The notes under the pieces are model-generated. The model was given only the letters and a program-made list of their open reading frames with translations, was not told the origin of the DNA and ran no database searches. A DNA stretch of 64,000 bases from Camelus dromedarius (Eukaryota): the NCBI RefSeq assembly GCF_036321535.1, contig NC_087436.1, positions 62,001-126,000 of the forward strand. Reading direction: 5' to 3'. The translations under genes and the position numbers were made by a program. Below are positions 1-13,301 of the stretch, one piece after another (position 1 is the stretch's first letter; every line of letters starts with the position of its first letter).

Positions 1-2619
1 GTTTTGTTTTTTTTTTTAAGTGCTTGTTTCATTGTGGTGTGAATGAATGTTTAAAATTTCTGGATTTTGATGTTTAGAACATGCTGATTTATCAGAACTG
101 TTAAAAACCTGATTGTTGTTTGGTCCTCGTTTGGTGGGGCAACCTATTGAATTCTGTTGTCTGTTAAAGAGGGAAATTCTTCCTCTAGCCTGTAGATCAT
201 TAAGTGAATGGTTTGCAGTGTGCCTTTAAAATTCTTTGAATGCATTGAGCATGTTTGTCCAGTGAATTTTGAATTGACTCATAGTAATGAATTTGTTTGA
301 TTCTGTGGCTTTTGCTCCTCTCCACATGAATTTGAATTCTCTGTTGCATTTTGTATACGTGTTCTTAACAGGGGAAGAAATTTTGCATTTTTTACATAGG
401 TGGGTTTTCCTATCCCCTCTGAATGCCTTCTGTAATTGATACAGCGAAAATCTGTTATTTCAGTGCTTAATTATTTCATAAACTATTTTTTGGCTTAATC
501 AGAAACAATGACAAAGAATGATAATAAAAAACATGAAAACCTTCCTTCCTTTGAAGAATAGAAATGAGGTGGTCAGGCTCACGCGTGCTTTGTACCTGAC
601 ACCCGTACTTTCATGTCATTGTGTATCATGATTCGGAGATGGAGTTGCTTCAGGTTTGTAGATTTTTGTTTTAACATTTGTGTTGAATTCATTCTCTAGG
701 CTGATGTTTCCTGTTGCGTTTGTGGAAAGTGTAGGTGAAGGGAAACAGATGCTACGTTTTGTATTCAGGAGGCCTGAGTTGCTGAAGAGTATAGAGTAGA
801 GGGTGGGCTGAGGAACAGAGTGACACTCCCTCACCTCCAGGCTGAAATTGATGAACGATGAAATCAATTAGGTGTATCGGTATTTATTTGACCAATAGAA
901 GTCAGAGGGCCCAGACTGTCTAGTTATGCGCAATGGAAAGTACTGAATTCACCTGCAGAATTAGGTGATTTACCAAGTAGAAACAGCTTAGAGCAATCAG
1001 AAAAATCAGTTCTATGATGAGATATAAAAAGAATATAATATCTATTATTTCTGAAACTTTTCTATGTTAAGTTGTGTAGAGCTAAAATTAAGTTCCAAGC
1101 ACCAGGAGTTAAGAGTCTGGGTGGTTCTGTGGGATCGTTATTCAGGGATGTGTCTAGACCCTGCTGGAATGGCCGAAGCTGGCAGGAAAAGACGCAGAGG
1201 CAGGATTTGTCATCCTAGGGTGTCCTCCATAATGGTTCCATGTGATAGCCCATGATTGGGTTAACAAATTTAACAGACACCAGACGCATGTCAACCTTAA
1301 GAAGAAAAAGTGTGCTTAGTAACTGCTTTCAAGCAAGCACCTGTGCATCCTCACTCCTGTCTCCTTGCCATAAAAAGCAGAGACAATGCCTTGCTTGCAT
1401 ATTTGAGGTTTTAGATAGCACTCTGTTCATTGCACAGCAATGACCCAGGCCCTCAGCTATAAATGCTGGGCGTGCGTGCTGTTAGATAGTCTATTATCCC
1501 CAAAACACGGACCTGGCTGGACTGGTGGTCTGCTTTGTAATGAATATCTAAAGAATTTATCTTGTTCCCCTCTCCCCATGACTCCCCTAAAGGTAAACTA
1601 AGCCTTTTTACTCATTGTGGATTCTACAATCTCTGTCTCATCCTGTCTTTCCCCAAGTTCCTGTTTACTATCACACAACTGTTAAAGACTATTTTCTTTG
1701 ATTATACACAATAAATATGGGAGGATTTGAGAGGCTCTTGGAGTTGGCTCCCTACTCCCTCTCGCTTTCTTTCCTTTTTCCACAGTCTTGAGTCATTCAT
1801 TCCATGTCGGTAAGACTTCTGCCAGCCAGAACCCACAGTTCCAGGTGAGAAGGATGCAGACTTTATCTCTCCTACCCGAGGGAGAGAGAGAAGAGAATTG
1901 AGATCTGCTCCCCCGTGGTCCCTTCCTGCCCCAGGGCCACTCCAGTTCACCTGCAGCCTTCTGGCCTCTGCTCTCAGGGCCTCTGTCCCAAGACTGACAT
2001 CAGCCTTTTTTTCCCTTGTCAATATTTCCTGTGCCTTTCAGGAGTTGGTCTCTTCTCTGCAATTCCACCCTGGCAGATGTGATGGTGGTCAGCGTGCTGG
2101 TGGGCAGTCATTTGGGGACTCCCAGGAACCATTCTGATTCTCCTGAGTCTCTCATTCGGGGTTACAAAACTGTCGAGAACCGGAGGAAGCCCATTCACGT
2201 GAGGTCAACACAGTATTACATCACTTTCTTTTTATTTTTGAATTTTCAGTGGAGAAATTATTTGTAACAAACTGTTCCAGATTTTCGGCCGCCTGCTTTC
2301 CTCACCACTATTTCCTTGTTGGCTCTGGTGATTGTTTAAAGAACCAGGTTTCTTCTCTGGTCATTTCTAGCAGCTGGGCTTGCCGAATCCTTGATCTGCA
2401 TTTGAAGCAGAATGCTTCTTCGTGATGTCAAACTGATTTTCCTTGTCATGTCTTAATATTTTGTGTACACTCAGTAACTGTTTCAAGTGAAATGCTCTTG
2501 TCCAATTTCGGTTAACTCACATTTGCTGAACTCCTGCTTTCATGCTGAGGGCAGTTTCTTCTTCCTGTAATAAAATTTAGCAATTTGCATTTACTATGGG
2601 AAGGTACTGGCCCGAGGTG

Positions 2620-3740
2620 CTCTCGTTCTTAACAGTTTTAATAACAATTCACCCATTAAAATGTACAGTGGTTTTTACTCTATGCCCAGAATTGTGCATC
2701 CCATTCAATCTTAGAACATTTTCATCCCCCCAACAGGAAGCTCCTTACGCATAAGCAGACATCCCCATCTTCCCCATCCTCCCACAGCCCCAGGGAGCCA
2801 CTTTTCTCTCTCTGTGGGTTTGCCTCTGCTGGAAATTTCATGTAAATCGAGTTACTTCATGTAAGTGGAAGCATCTATTGTGACTGACTTCTTTCACACT
2901 GAGTAACGTTTTCAATATTTGTCCACGTTGTGGCCTGGGTCAGTACTCAATGCTTTGCTATTGCTGAATAATATTCCTCTGTATGGCTGGGCCCCTCTGT
3001 TTACCCATTCATCACGTGATAGGCATTTGTGTTGTTTCTGCTTTTTGGCTGTGATGAGTAATGGCTCCGTGAATATTCCTGTAGGAGTTTTTATGTGAAC
3101 ATTTGTTTTCAGTTCTCTTACGTGTGTGCCCAGGAAGCAAAATTGCCTGGTTATTCAGAAACCAAATGTTCAACTCTCTAAGGACCTGCCAGGCGTTTTT
3201 CCAAAGTGGCCAGGCTGTGTTACATCCTCACCAGCAACGGCTGCGTCCTCTGCATCTTCTGTGTCCTCATTAGTGCTTTTTACTCTTTTTTTGATTATAA
3301 CCTATTGTAGTGAGTGTGAAGCGGTTTCTCCTAGTGGTTTTGACTTGATTTCCCTTACAGCTAATGATATTGAACATCGTTTCGTTGTGCTTATTGGTCA
3401 TTTGTATATTTTCCTTGATAAATGTTTTTCAGATCCTCTATTCATTTTTTAATTGAGTTGCCTTTTTATTGTTGAGTTGTAGGAGGTTATTTTTGTTTTT
3501 GTTTTGTTTTGTTTTTTTTTTTGGTAGATACAAATTCCTTATCAGATAAATGATTTGAAAAAATTTCTGCTGTGTGTTGTTTTTTCACTTTCTGGATGGT
3601 GTCCTTTGAAGCAATGTTTTAAAATTTGATGAACTCCAATTTATCTCTGTTTTCTTTTTCCTTGTCCTTTTTCCTTATCCTCTGTTTTCTTTTTCCTTGT
3701 CCTTTCCTTCAGTTTACCTTGTCCTTTTGGGGTAATATTT
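2620..3740 (-). mobile_element. Old L1 (L1MB-like) 3' fragment
   Basis: Typical antisense L1M 3' UTR/ORF2-end text (acaattcacccattaaaatgtacagtgg; ttgatttcccttacagctaatgatattgaacatc). Boundaries approximate. Confidence 0.8.
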
Positions 3741-3809
3741 AATATCTGAGGTATTTTATTTAAACTTTTATACATAAAATAACTTAATTATTAGGACAGT
3801 TCTAGGAGA

Positions 3810-3960
3810 CGGGTGCTGTTGTTGTCCCCAGTCTATGGATAGGAGACTGGGTTGCAGAAAATTTCACTGACTTATCAGTGTCAAAGCTACCCAGTGCTTT
3901 GGGAGTTCAGACCCTCATGTTTGTCCCCAGCGTCTGTGCTCTTCACCACCATGCTCCACT
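3810..3960 (-). mobile_element. MIR relic
   Basis: Degenerate MIR core (ccccagtctatggataggagactggg ... ctgtgctcttcaccaccatgc). Confidence 0.55.
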
Positions 3961-6900
3961 CCTTCCTGGAATCGTTAATGAAAAAGTCTTTACTTTTTTG
4001 ATTTCTTGTTAGTTTTTGTTTTTCTCATTGGGGCCTCATCTCCTCATTTTCCTTAAAGAGATCAGTGTAGGTTTATTTTAGGTCTCATGTAGGCAGAAGC
4101 ATTGCTATCAGTTAACTTCTTTATTACTCACTCCCCAGTGATGGCTGTTGCTAATTGACCTAATGAAGTCTTGCTTTAGTCTTTCCTTCTCATGACACTA
4201 ACAACAGAGTCATGACTTACAGAATGCTTAAAGAAGAAAGTACTTGATTGATTTTATTTTGCTACCCAATCAAACCAATCAAATAAGAACCCCAGAGTTG
4301 ACACAGACGGTAAGCCCTCCAGAATAGGGTCACTGTCTTCCTTGTGTTTCATTTGTTTGGTCACAGTGTCTGGATAGTGCCTTGCTGTCCAGCAGTTTTG
4401 TTAGGATACAGTGTTCGTGAATCATTGTAAGGACAGAATTTTGACAACAGACTGTGCTGTTCATTTCACGAGGGAAAAGTTAATATAGAAATACTGCTCA
4501 GATCTATTTTAAAATTAAGCTTGGAATTTTGAGAAGAGTTCAAGAAACCATACAAAGATCTTTTTCACTAATTTTAGATCTATCTTAGACACATTATGGT
4601 TACATAGCAGAGTACCTTATCAAGTAGATTTGACGAGAGGTGTGTATTATTGATTATTTGTTTTAGTTGAAATATTCTACCTGGGATAAAATATTCAGTG
4701 CCCATAAATGAACAAATATGTTTGTATTTCTATGCAACATGGGAGCAGACTTCATATGTTTCTATATAATATATATGACTGTGTGTTTTAATCTGTCTTT
4801 CAGTGTTTTTATAGTTTTTCAGCAATGTTGTAACTTTAGAATTCTTCTAAGAAAATCACCCCAGATTCTAGTGCAGTTTGTACTGTGTATCCTGTCTTAT
4901 GCATGGGATTCCACTGTCCCCACAGGGAGGAATTTCCTCTTATATTGAGTTAGTATCAGAGTTAAAGGAACTGTGATTTCTAGGCCTTTGCTCTCCATGT
5001 GTTTGCATTTGGCTGTCAATCGCGATTTTCCCTTTCTTGAGTTTTCATTGTTCAATTAGAATTTTTGAAAATAACTATTAATATGTTGCATCGATCTCCC
5101 TAGAAACTTGATGTGTTTGTGCTTTTCAGTTTTCAATTTATGAAAAATGTAAATACACACTTGTTTTTAAGTAGTCCTTTTTCACTAGATATTTGGTTAC
5201 CTCTTTATAGTTAAAATATTTTTTCCCAATGTATGAATCAGTGTGCATGTTTTAAAAGATACCTTACTTTTTATTTTTCTTATTGTAACAGTTATATTCA
5301 TTGTAGAGAATTTAGAAAATACGGATAAACACATTAATAACTTAAAATGGCCTCTAATCTCACCTAGACATACAGTTGTAAGGTTTGAAATTGAGAATTA
5401 CAAGTCCTCTCACATTGTTCTTCTTTTTCAAGTACGTTTTGGTTACTGAGACCCTCGAATTCCCATATGAATTGTAGCAGCAGCTAGTCAGTTTCTGCAG
5501 AGGAGACCGCAGGGATTGTGATCGAGACCACGTTGAATATACGGATCGTTCTGGGGAGCACTGCCATTCCAAAAGCGCTGTCTTCTGATCCAGCAATGTG
5601 TGTGGTTTGTCCAGGTATTTAGGTATTGTTTAATTTTTTTTTAACAATGCTTTGAGTTTACAGAGTTATTTTACTTTGTTTTTTTTTTTTGCCTTTATAC
5701 TGAGGACAATTGTGCCAGGTACCGGGATCAGAAGTGTATTTGAGCCCCGCCACTTGCTGCCACCATGGTCACTGCGCTCTTGCTTCACCCGCTCTACAAT
5801 CTTGCACAGAATAGGACCTCAGTAACTCTCTCTCTCGAATGATTATATGCTTGTTGGATGATGCTTGAGAGTCCGTGTGATGATTTTTTTCCCCAGCCTT
5901 TCCCCACTTCTTTACTATGCCCTTTCTCTTCCTTTCCTCCAGCCTGGGTTTCAGTTTACCTGTGGCATTGATTTTTCTTGTCTGTAGACACTTCCTTTCA
6001 CTGGTTCACGATAATTTTACATGTGGGCTGTGGAAACTTGCTAGATGTCAAGAAAGAGCCAATCCATTGCATGCTAGTATTTTTAGAGTGCATTATTGTT
6101 TTATCGATTGAAATTAAATCAGGGTGACCCCCTGAGCCCTCCTGTGAGCTGTTTTTGCCATCCTACAGGTGATAATGCTCTGGCTGCTGAATGTGCCCTT
6201 TCCCCAGACTTGGTTTTGGAGTTAAGTCACCATCAGTGGAGCCCTCTCTTTAAAAGATGAAGAAAACATTTGCTCCTTCTCCCTGGTTGGGGACTTGGAT
6301 GAGATGAGGTAACAGATAAAGAATGGAGCCCCACCTCATTCTAACACCCGCTCGTTCCGTTCCTTTCTCCACGGAAAAAGAGTACAATTCAACACTATAA
6401 AGATTGATTGTGAGCAAATGAGATAGACAGGACAACCGATCATTTATTAAATATACTTTCATGCCAGAAACAAATGTATTATTCACACAAAAAGCACACA
6501 AAGCACGGTAGTACCGTGATTACCAACGTGGGTCCGAGTTCGAGTCCTGCTCTGGAGTGACCAGTCCTGTGAGATGGAGAACTGGTAGGTCGGCTTAGCC
6601 TCTCCCGGGCTTGTTTTCTGTCCTGCAGAGATGGGGCTCGCTAGGCGTCCCTCCCCCATAGAGATGCTGTAGGGTGCAAATGATGCGCATGGGCAGCCCG
6701 AGCATAGCTGCTCATTCCTCGTAAGTGAAGGAGAGCATAGCTTTTGTGGTGAAGGCTTTATAACAGCCCCGTGTGGACTTTCAGTGCTCCGAAGGAATGC
6801 CTTGTGATTTGGAGATGGGATTCTCATTTCTGTAAATACCCAAGGATTGTGTAATTGGGCCCTGCTGATTTGAATCTATTCTTTAGAAAGTACATATTGT

Positions 6901-8098
6901 GGATATATTTTTCAAGCATGCATGCTTTTTTCTTTTATCATTTATTGTTCTACCCTCTCTCTTGGTGGGACTTTTCATGGAATCCAGGAAACAGCCCTAA
7001 GCCACCTGCCTCTTCACACGTCTCCGTGGCGGTTTTCTTCCCTGACTAGAAGAGGGTTCTGCATAGGGAATTTTCTTTGTTCCCCTTTTCTTGGAGTCTC
7101 TCTGTCTGTCTGCCCACCTCTCACCTGTCCAACTGTCCATTTCTCTACCCACTCATTCTTCTGACTTGTTCCAAATAGCATTTCAGGCAGCTTACAGAAG
7201 AACAGATACCAAATAAACAGGTGAGATAATGGGACCAAGTTCAGACAGTGAGGCTAGGAGGCGAGCCTGTGTGAGGGTGGCAGGCATGAGAGACACGCGT
7301 CTGCCCTGTGACTTATAAGATCGACAGCAAGAGTGTGCCTGAGGCTCCCAGCAGACACAGGTTAACAGGGTTTGTGGGAGATGCTCACTGGCTGTGAAAT
7401 AAATAAGTGGCTGAGGAGAAGCCCAGCCTTTCCAGCTACTAAGGCTTAGGAGAATATTTTGAGTGTCTTCAACATCAGAGTATTTCATCTTTTCTTTTGT
7501 CAGAGTTCTACATATAGATGGTTACATTCTGTACCTGGAAATTTCTACAAAATTTCTTCCCACTTGAGTCCCATGACTCGGGAATGGGGTGGTTCTGCTC
7601 ATTGACTGGGGTTGGCCAGAAACCAAAAATGACAGCTTCAAAGGAGCCTGGGATTTGTCAGTTATGTTTTGTCAGTACTGTAGAGTTCAAAAAATGCTTT
7701 CACAGTATCTCTCCATCTGAGGCGGCAGCGTGCTCTCTTACCAGCATCAGGAGCTCAGGGCCATGGGATGGTGGGGGCTGACTGCTTTGCCGTCAAGACA
7801 GCTGAGCTAGTCACTGCAGGTTTGATTCTTTTACGTAAGGCCTTTCATGTTCTTTACTTGAATGTTTCAACAGGGAGTTAATTAACTGAGTTAATTAACA
7901 TTTAATAAATATGATTCTTTGTTGAAAAGACAGTTATAGACAGAATATAAGCTCTGAAGCCTTTAAAAACGGTTTCATTACTGAAATTTCAGTAGGGGAG
8001 ATACACAGTTTATCTTATTTATGCCTGTCTTTTAAAGTAACAAAGAAACAAGACAGAAAAGGCAGAGGATTGTTTCTGTTCTTCCTTTCTGCTTGCAG

Positions 8099-8219
8099 GT
8101 GCCCTCACCTCCAGTAGCATCCATCCAGACACCGGAACTGACACTGGCCGTGCTCCGAACTGCCTCAGCCCTGAAGACACAACTGACAAATAGAAGGGGA
8201 CCACGCCCTGTTACAGCAG
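8099..8219 (+). pseudogene. TRAPPC9: TRAPPC9 pseudo-exon 6, upstream unit
   Basis: Acceptor ttcctttctgcttgcag. Reads [39 protein letters not shown] versus recalled TRAPPC9 [41 protein letters not shown]. TAG at 8191-8193, 1 nt short at the 3' end, GT at 8220-8221. Confidence 0.93.
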
Positions 8220-8499
8220 GTGCTCTCACTTTGTGGATCCTTATGTAACTGAGCGGTGTTAATCAGGATTGCCCGTTCTACATTGTGTGGCGCTGCTGCG
8301 GTGTCTCCTAGTTACTTGTTTCTGTAAGTATTCATGTATTATTCCCCACTGAGTGGTACTACACGTCTAAAAATGCTTTTTTCAGATGAAAAATAATGTG
8401 CATTTAATATAATATGTCTGAAAAAAGGGGCAAAAGATTCTATCCTGGTCCCTCTACTCAGAGATAATAATTAACAATTTAACATTTATTTTCTGTTCT

Positions 8500-10820
8500 T
8501 TTCGTTAGTGTGTATCATCTCTGTCATAAAAACCAGTGAGCACTCTGTCCCTGTTTACTGTTCGGAGACCTCCATTTTCCATTCGGCTTATTACATGTTT
8601 TTCTACAATATTCTATCTCCCCTGGCATGATTTTTAAAGACCAGTGTAGCATTCTGTCTTATGGAGGCATGGTCCATTTTACTTCGGACTTAAATAAACT
8701 TTTAAATTCCAAGTGTACTTAACTGAAATACTGAAAAGAGAACTGTGGTGGTACAGGAAGGCCCCTAACTCCCTTCTCATTATTTCCTGAGAGTAAAAGC
8801 TGTTGAAAATTTGGTATATATATTTCATGACCTTTATGCCTATGAGATACATATATATATACACATATGAGAAATCAATATATAGGTGTGTGTATATATG
8901 CTTTATTTAAAAATGAGACCATACTATATGTTTTTCTGCAGCTCGCTTTATTCACTCAGGGGTATATCATGGACGTCCTCCCACTCCAGACTCACCCGGC
9001 CCTTTCAGATAGATTGGAGGGGTCTCCTGATGTGCGGGTGTCGTCTCTTGTCCACGGAAACATTTGGTGCGAGACTGCTGTGGACAAGGCCCTGGACCAC
9101 GGCGAAACGCCGGCTCCCTCAGCGCCCGCAGCTCGCCTTGATTTACCGCATCATTGTCTTGATGGTGGACAGTTAAGTTTTCTCCATTTTCCACTGTCAG
9201 AAAGAATGTTTGAGTTGCATCCTTCTTGTACAGAACTTCCTGTGATCTTGTATGTGTATTCCTTTAGTTAAGGCTTCTGGAAATTTAGTCCCTGGATGTG
9301 ACATTTACATTCATCACAGACTCCTTTCAAGTGACTAGAAATTCCTTCTCCATTGGGGAATGAAAAAATGCACAATTACTTATGTAACCAATTCTCTATC
9401 GCTGGATATGATTTCACTTCAGTTTTTCTTCCCACCTTTGTAAACAGTGCTGTGTAAATGCCCTGATGGGTACATCTTTTTGGACTGATTTTTTTTTCCT
9501 AAAGGAAACGATTCCTAGAAGTGGAGTTGAGTCAGTGTGTATGTACGTTTTTCAGAGCTTACAAATCCATTGATATGTCATCCTCTGAAAAAGTCGCTCA
9601 TGATTTGTTCTCCCACAGATGGACACTAGCTAGATTATCTTAAAAATATTTGCCAATATGATAAGCAAAAGTGCTTTTTCATTGTTTTTTTTTGCATTTG
9701 ATGACCAGTGAAGTTTTGAGCATTTTTCACTCATTAGTCATTTGACTTTTTTAAAATGAATGATTCCTTTTGTCCTTTGCCCACATTTAAGTGAGGGAGC
9801 TTCTTGTTGCTTTGTGACAGCTTTTTGTATGTTATGAAAATTAACTTCGTGAATTCATCAACATGTATCACAGAGCTTTTTCTTGTCATTTCTTTCCTTT
9901 CATTTTGTTCAGGAAGTTTTCTGATTTTTGTTGTGGCTCAAACTATTCTTAGGATAGTAAATGTCTTCCTTATGGGTTTTATCTTTGACATTATTCTTAG
10001 AAATACTCTCTTATAATGGAATAAATCTCTTCTGTAGGTATTTTTTAATCTCTAAGATGGAGATTATAATAGTACATGTTATAGTGAGGAGAAGTTGAGT
10101 TAATAAGAGCAAAGAGTTGTATTTGCTGTTACTAGTACTTTTTAATATTTACATCGCTATCTGCAATTTATCTTGTGGTCATTATGACAGGAGTAGAATT
10201 TATTCTTTCCAGGTGATTCTCTGTCCCAGGACAATTATCGAATTCATAATTTTCTCTTTGATTTGAAATCCCACCTGTACAAAATACTTACATACACTAG
10301 AGTCTTTTTTGAGCTCATGGTTCCCTTCTGTCAATCTCCTTTCCTTACTCCAGCACCATATCTTACATGTTGTAAAAATTTATTTAATAACTGGCAGTCT
10401 GATTTTTTTTGATTCTTTTCTTCCATCCCAAATTTTCTTGTCAAGTATTATGACTTTATTATTCCTGAAGAATTCCAAAATATTTTGTTCAAGTTAAAAA
10501 AAATCAGATTGGAATTTTCATGGGATTTTTTAGTAAGTTTTGAATTATTCTTAGGAGAACTTACATCTTTACAAAACTGCTTTTCTCCATGCAATATGTT
10601 TATGTCTCTACATTCATACCTCTTACTTTAACCCTCAGTACAGTCCTGAAGTTTCTCCATTTAGAATATGGGCATTATTTTTGAATTTATTCCAGATTAT
10701 TGTTTATGTTTTTGTTAATTTTGTAAGTGAGAATTTTTTGCTATTATATTTTTAAATGTTTAAAACTGACATTTAGAAAGGAAGATTCGGTTTGTCAATA
10801 CTCACTTTGTAACTTGTCAT
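8500..10820 (-). mobile_element. Fragmented ancient L1 (L1ME-like) relics
   Basis: T-rich stretches with degenerate antisense L1 motifs (tttgcatttgatgaccagtgaagttttgagcatttttcac; ggagaacttacatctttacaaaactg). Poorly resolved. Confidence 0.5.
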
Positions 10821-11259
10821 TTAAAATTGTAAGTATTAAGTACTTGTTCCAGAATCCTTTCTTTTCTGTTTTTTAAAATTTGTTTCCAAGATTCTCAAAA
10901 TGTTCATAGCTAAGTAGTATAGGTGGGGACACAGATGGAGAGAGGAAGTGTGGCTCACGAACAAACTGTGAGCAATTTCATGGCTGCCTTTAGGCTGGAG
11001 AAGCCACAGAAGAGCCCAGGTTAGACCAAGGGTGGCTTTGTATGCACTTGAAAGCCAGCTTTCCTGCCTGTATGGTGAAGCCTGGTGGGCGTGGCAGGTA
11101 GATGATCAAGGTCTGATCAAGGTCATTGGCTGCACAGAGCACTGTGTCTGTGAGAACTGGAGACCATTACCATGGGAAATGCTTGGCGCCAGGAACACTG
11201 CAGGGGAGCTGGGGAGCCTGTGTGTTAAGGATTTTCCAGCCCTGGGAGTGGGAAGATGA

Positions 11260-11430
11260 GACTCTGCATTCAGATCTGAGTTTGAATTCATCCTCTCTTG
11301 TTTACTGGTCCTCTGACTTTTGTCAAGTTATCTACCCGCTTTGAACTCCTGTTTTCTTGTCTCTCAAAACAGGAGAATTACAGCCTGCTGCTAGAGTGTT
11401 TGATCAGGGTAAATGATTTGTGTCTATAAG
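11260..11430 (+). mobile_element. MIR relic
   Basis: cagatctgagtttgaattc ... ctgacttttgtcaagttatctacc ... gttttcttgtctctcaaaacaggag matches the MIR layout. Confidence 0.6.
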
Positions 11431-11767
11431 ATGCCACGTACAGTCACAATCTCAGTGAGAAATGGGCTGTCGCCTCTTCTTCTGCAACTCAGTGCTCGAT
11501 AAGACATCGGGGGAAAGCCAGTCCCTAATTTGTATGTGATGCAATGAGGAACAAAATTAACGTCTTGCCTTTCCCTAGCAGGATTCTTATTTCTTTGCTT
11601 CATTTACCTCTTTCCTCCTTTACTCTCCCCTTTCACCTCCTCCACCAAAAGAGACTGAGTCTGTCTCAGAACACTACATTCAAATTACTTTAAATGTTGG
11701 CTCATCCCCATGAAATTACAGTGAAATTAAAAATAATCTGTACACGTCCCAGACATGATTATATTTG

Positions 11768-11771
<4 letters not shown>

Positions 11772-11816
<45 letters not shown>
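11772..11816. repeat. (AC)22 microsatellite
   Basis: Perfect dinucleotide run. Confidence 0.98.
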
Positions 11817-11819
<3 letters not shown>

Positions 11820-12529
11820 AGGCTACCTCCCATTTGCTGAGGGAGAAGGACCACTTTTTCTGAGTTTTCATTCACTGAGCGTGAGAGCAAAGTCTCTTAA
11901 GCAGAAATTCGCCTGGCTTCTTGCATGGTTTTTTAAATTGGATTTCTGCTTTGTGTCCACAGAAATAGACTCCTATTAGAAGAGGGGAAGTGGAGACATA
12001 GATATTCTGCTGAGATATTGGTGTCATCATATTTGAGTTGGAAAGGACTTACGACAGCATAGAGTCGTACCTTTTTATGGGTGAGAATCCATGATAGTGT
12101 AACTTGGACAAGAACCCGGGTCTTCTGTCTTCATGTCCACGCGGATGAAGAGGCAACTGGGTGGGGGATGGCAGGGATCCTTACTTGAGTTCCGGGGTCT
12201 TGCTAGTTTCCATTGTTCAGCTGCCTTTAGTTTATGTCCATGTGGCCTCTCATGGGAAGGTCACTCTATCCTGATAGATTGAGTTTCTAATCAGCAAAAA
12301 GGTCTGGACCCACTCATGTTTCCCAGAGATTTTCTGCTGACCTGCTGACAGTTTATATACATGAGATCTTAGAAACTGCTGGATATAAAATCCTTATTGT
12401 TATCATTTGCCCTCGAGTTCCACAGGAATGGGGTGCTGTCTCAGGCTGTCTAAGGCCAGCTCTGAACAAAGATAGGGTGATAGGCTGTGCAGCTGGACAC
12501 TCCCCAGTCGAATGGGATTTCCACCTTAG

Positions 12530-12690
12530 TTTTTAGAATCAGGCAGATGAGTTCAAATCTTACCTTTACCAGTTATTAGCTTTGTGACCTTGAGGAAGAA
12601 ACTTTACTTTTTTGGGGACAAATTTTCTTTATCCGTAAATAAGTTCAGTATTTATTTTAGGGTTTTTGTTTTAGAATAGAATGAGCTAAT
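12530..12690 (+). mobile_element. MIR relic
   Basis: gagttcaaatcttacctttaccagttattagctttgtgaccttgagg is the MIR core. Confidence 0.65.
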
Positions 12691-13301
12691 TCCCTCATTT
12701 ATTCCTAAAATACTGATCACATGGTTCTATGCTGGTGACCTAGTGGTTGATTACTAAGGGACTCAGTAGTGAGAATGTGGGTGAGGCTCCCTGGATAATA
12801 GAGCTTATATTCCATGATATGCTTGTAAAAGACTGGATTGCAGTGGATTTTTAGTAAATGTCCATTCTTTTCCTAATCCCCATTGATTGTGTATATATCT
12901 TTATACTAATATATGAACAATTTTTTATTGCAATATAAGTCTTTTTGTAGTATTTAAAGTATGTAGCTATAACAAAAATACGTGAAATAAAATGATTTGA
13001 CTTTTATTTTCTTTTCAATAAACAAAACAAAATAAAATAGAAAAGAAAAGAAAAAGTTTTGAAGGAGTAGAAATAATTTTATTTCCGTGTAATCGACTCC
13101 CTATGTTAGGTTTTTCGGTTGTGTTCTTAAACAGCATATAAAATTGACAGGTTTTGACTTCAGTGTTGATAGCTGGGTGAGTATAGTTTCTTTTTGTGGT
13201 TGTCTTTGATGAATTATTTGCACTAGATCATAAATAATGTGCATGTTACATATTGGAAACGAGGAAAGAGTGGAGACATACTACCTCCAATGCAGTCATT
13301 T

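Larger units (their letters stand above)
1..9843 (+). repeat. Tandem segmental duplication, copy A (visible overlap)
   Basis: Colinear with 54266-64000 throughout. Offsets are 54265 at the start, 54155 at exon 6 and 54157 at the end. Hand-counted samples: 3 differences in 100 nt (21-120), about 15 in 100 (241-340), 8 in 121 (exon 6). Confidence 0.98.

Noticed and set aside
616..867. Minus-strand 83-aa ORF also open in copy B (54882-55127)
   Set aside because: No recognisable homology, and short ORFs often survive 10% divergence. It lies in TRAPPC9 intron 5 sequence.
2016..2267. 83-aa ORF preserved in both copies (56273-56524) with a nearby acceptor-like site
   Set aside because: It does not resemble TRAPPC9 exon 4 or any protein I recognise, lacks an ATG start, and has many replacement changes between copies.
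6629..6720. Exon-like segment between ctgcag and gtaagt
   Set aside because: Not a TRAPPC9 coding exon, and copy A has a stop in the frame that is open in copy B. At most a cryptic exon.
7875..7899. Tandem palindrome agttaattaact
   Set aside because: Short, AT-rich, and one half is mutated in copy B.
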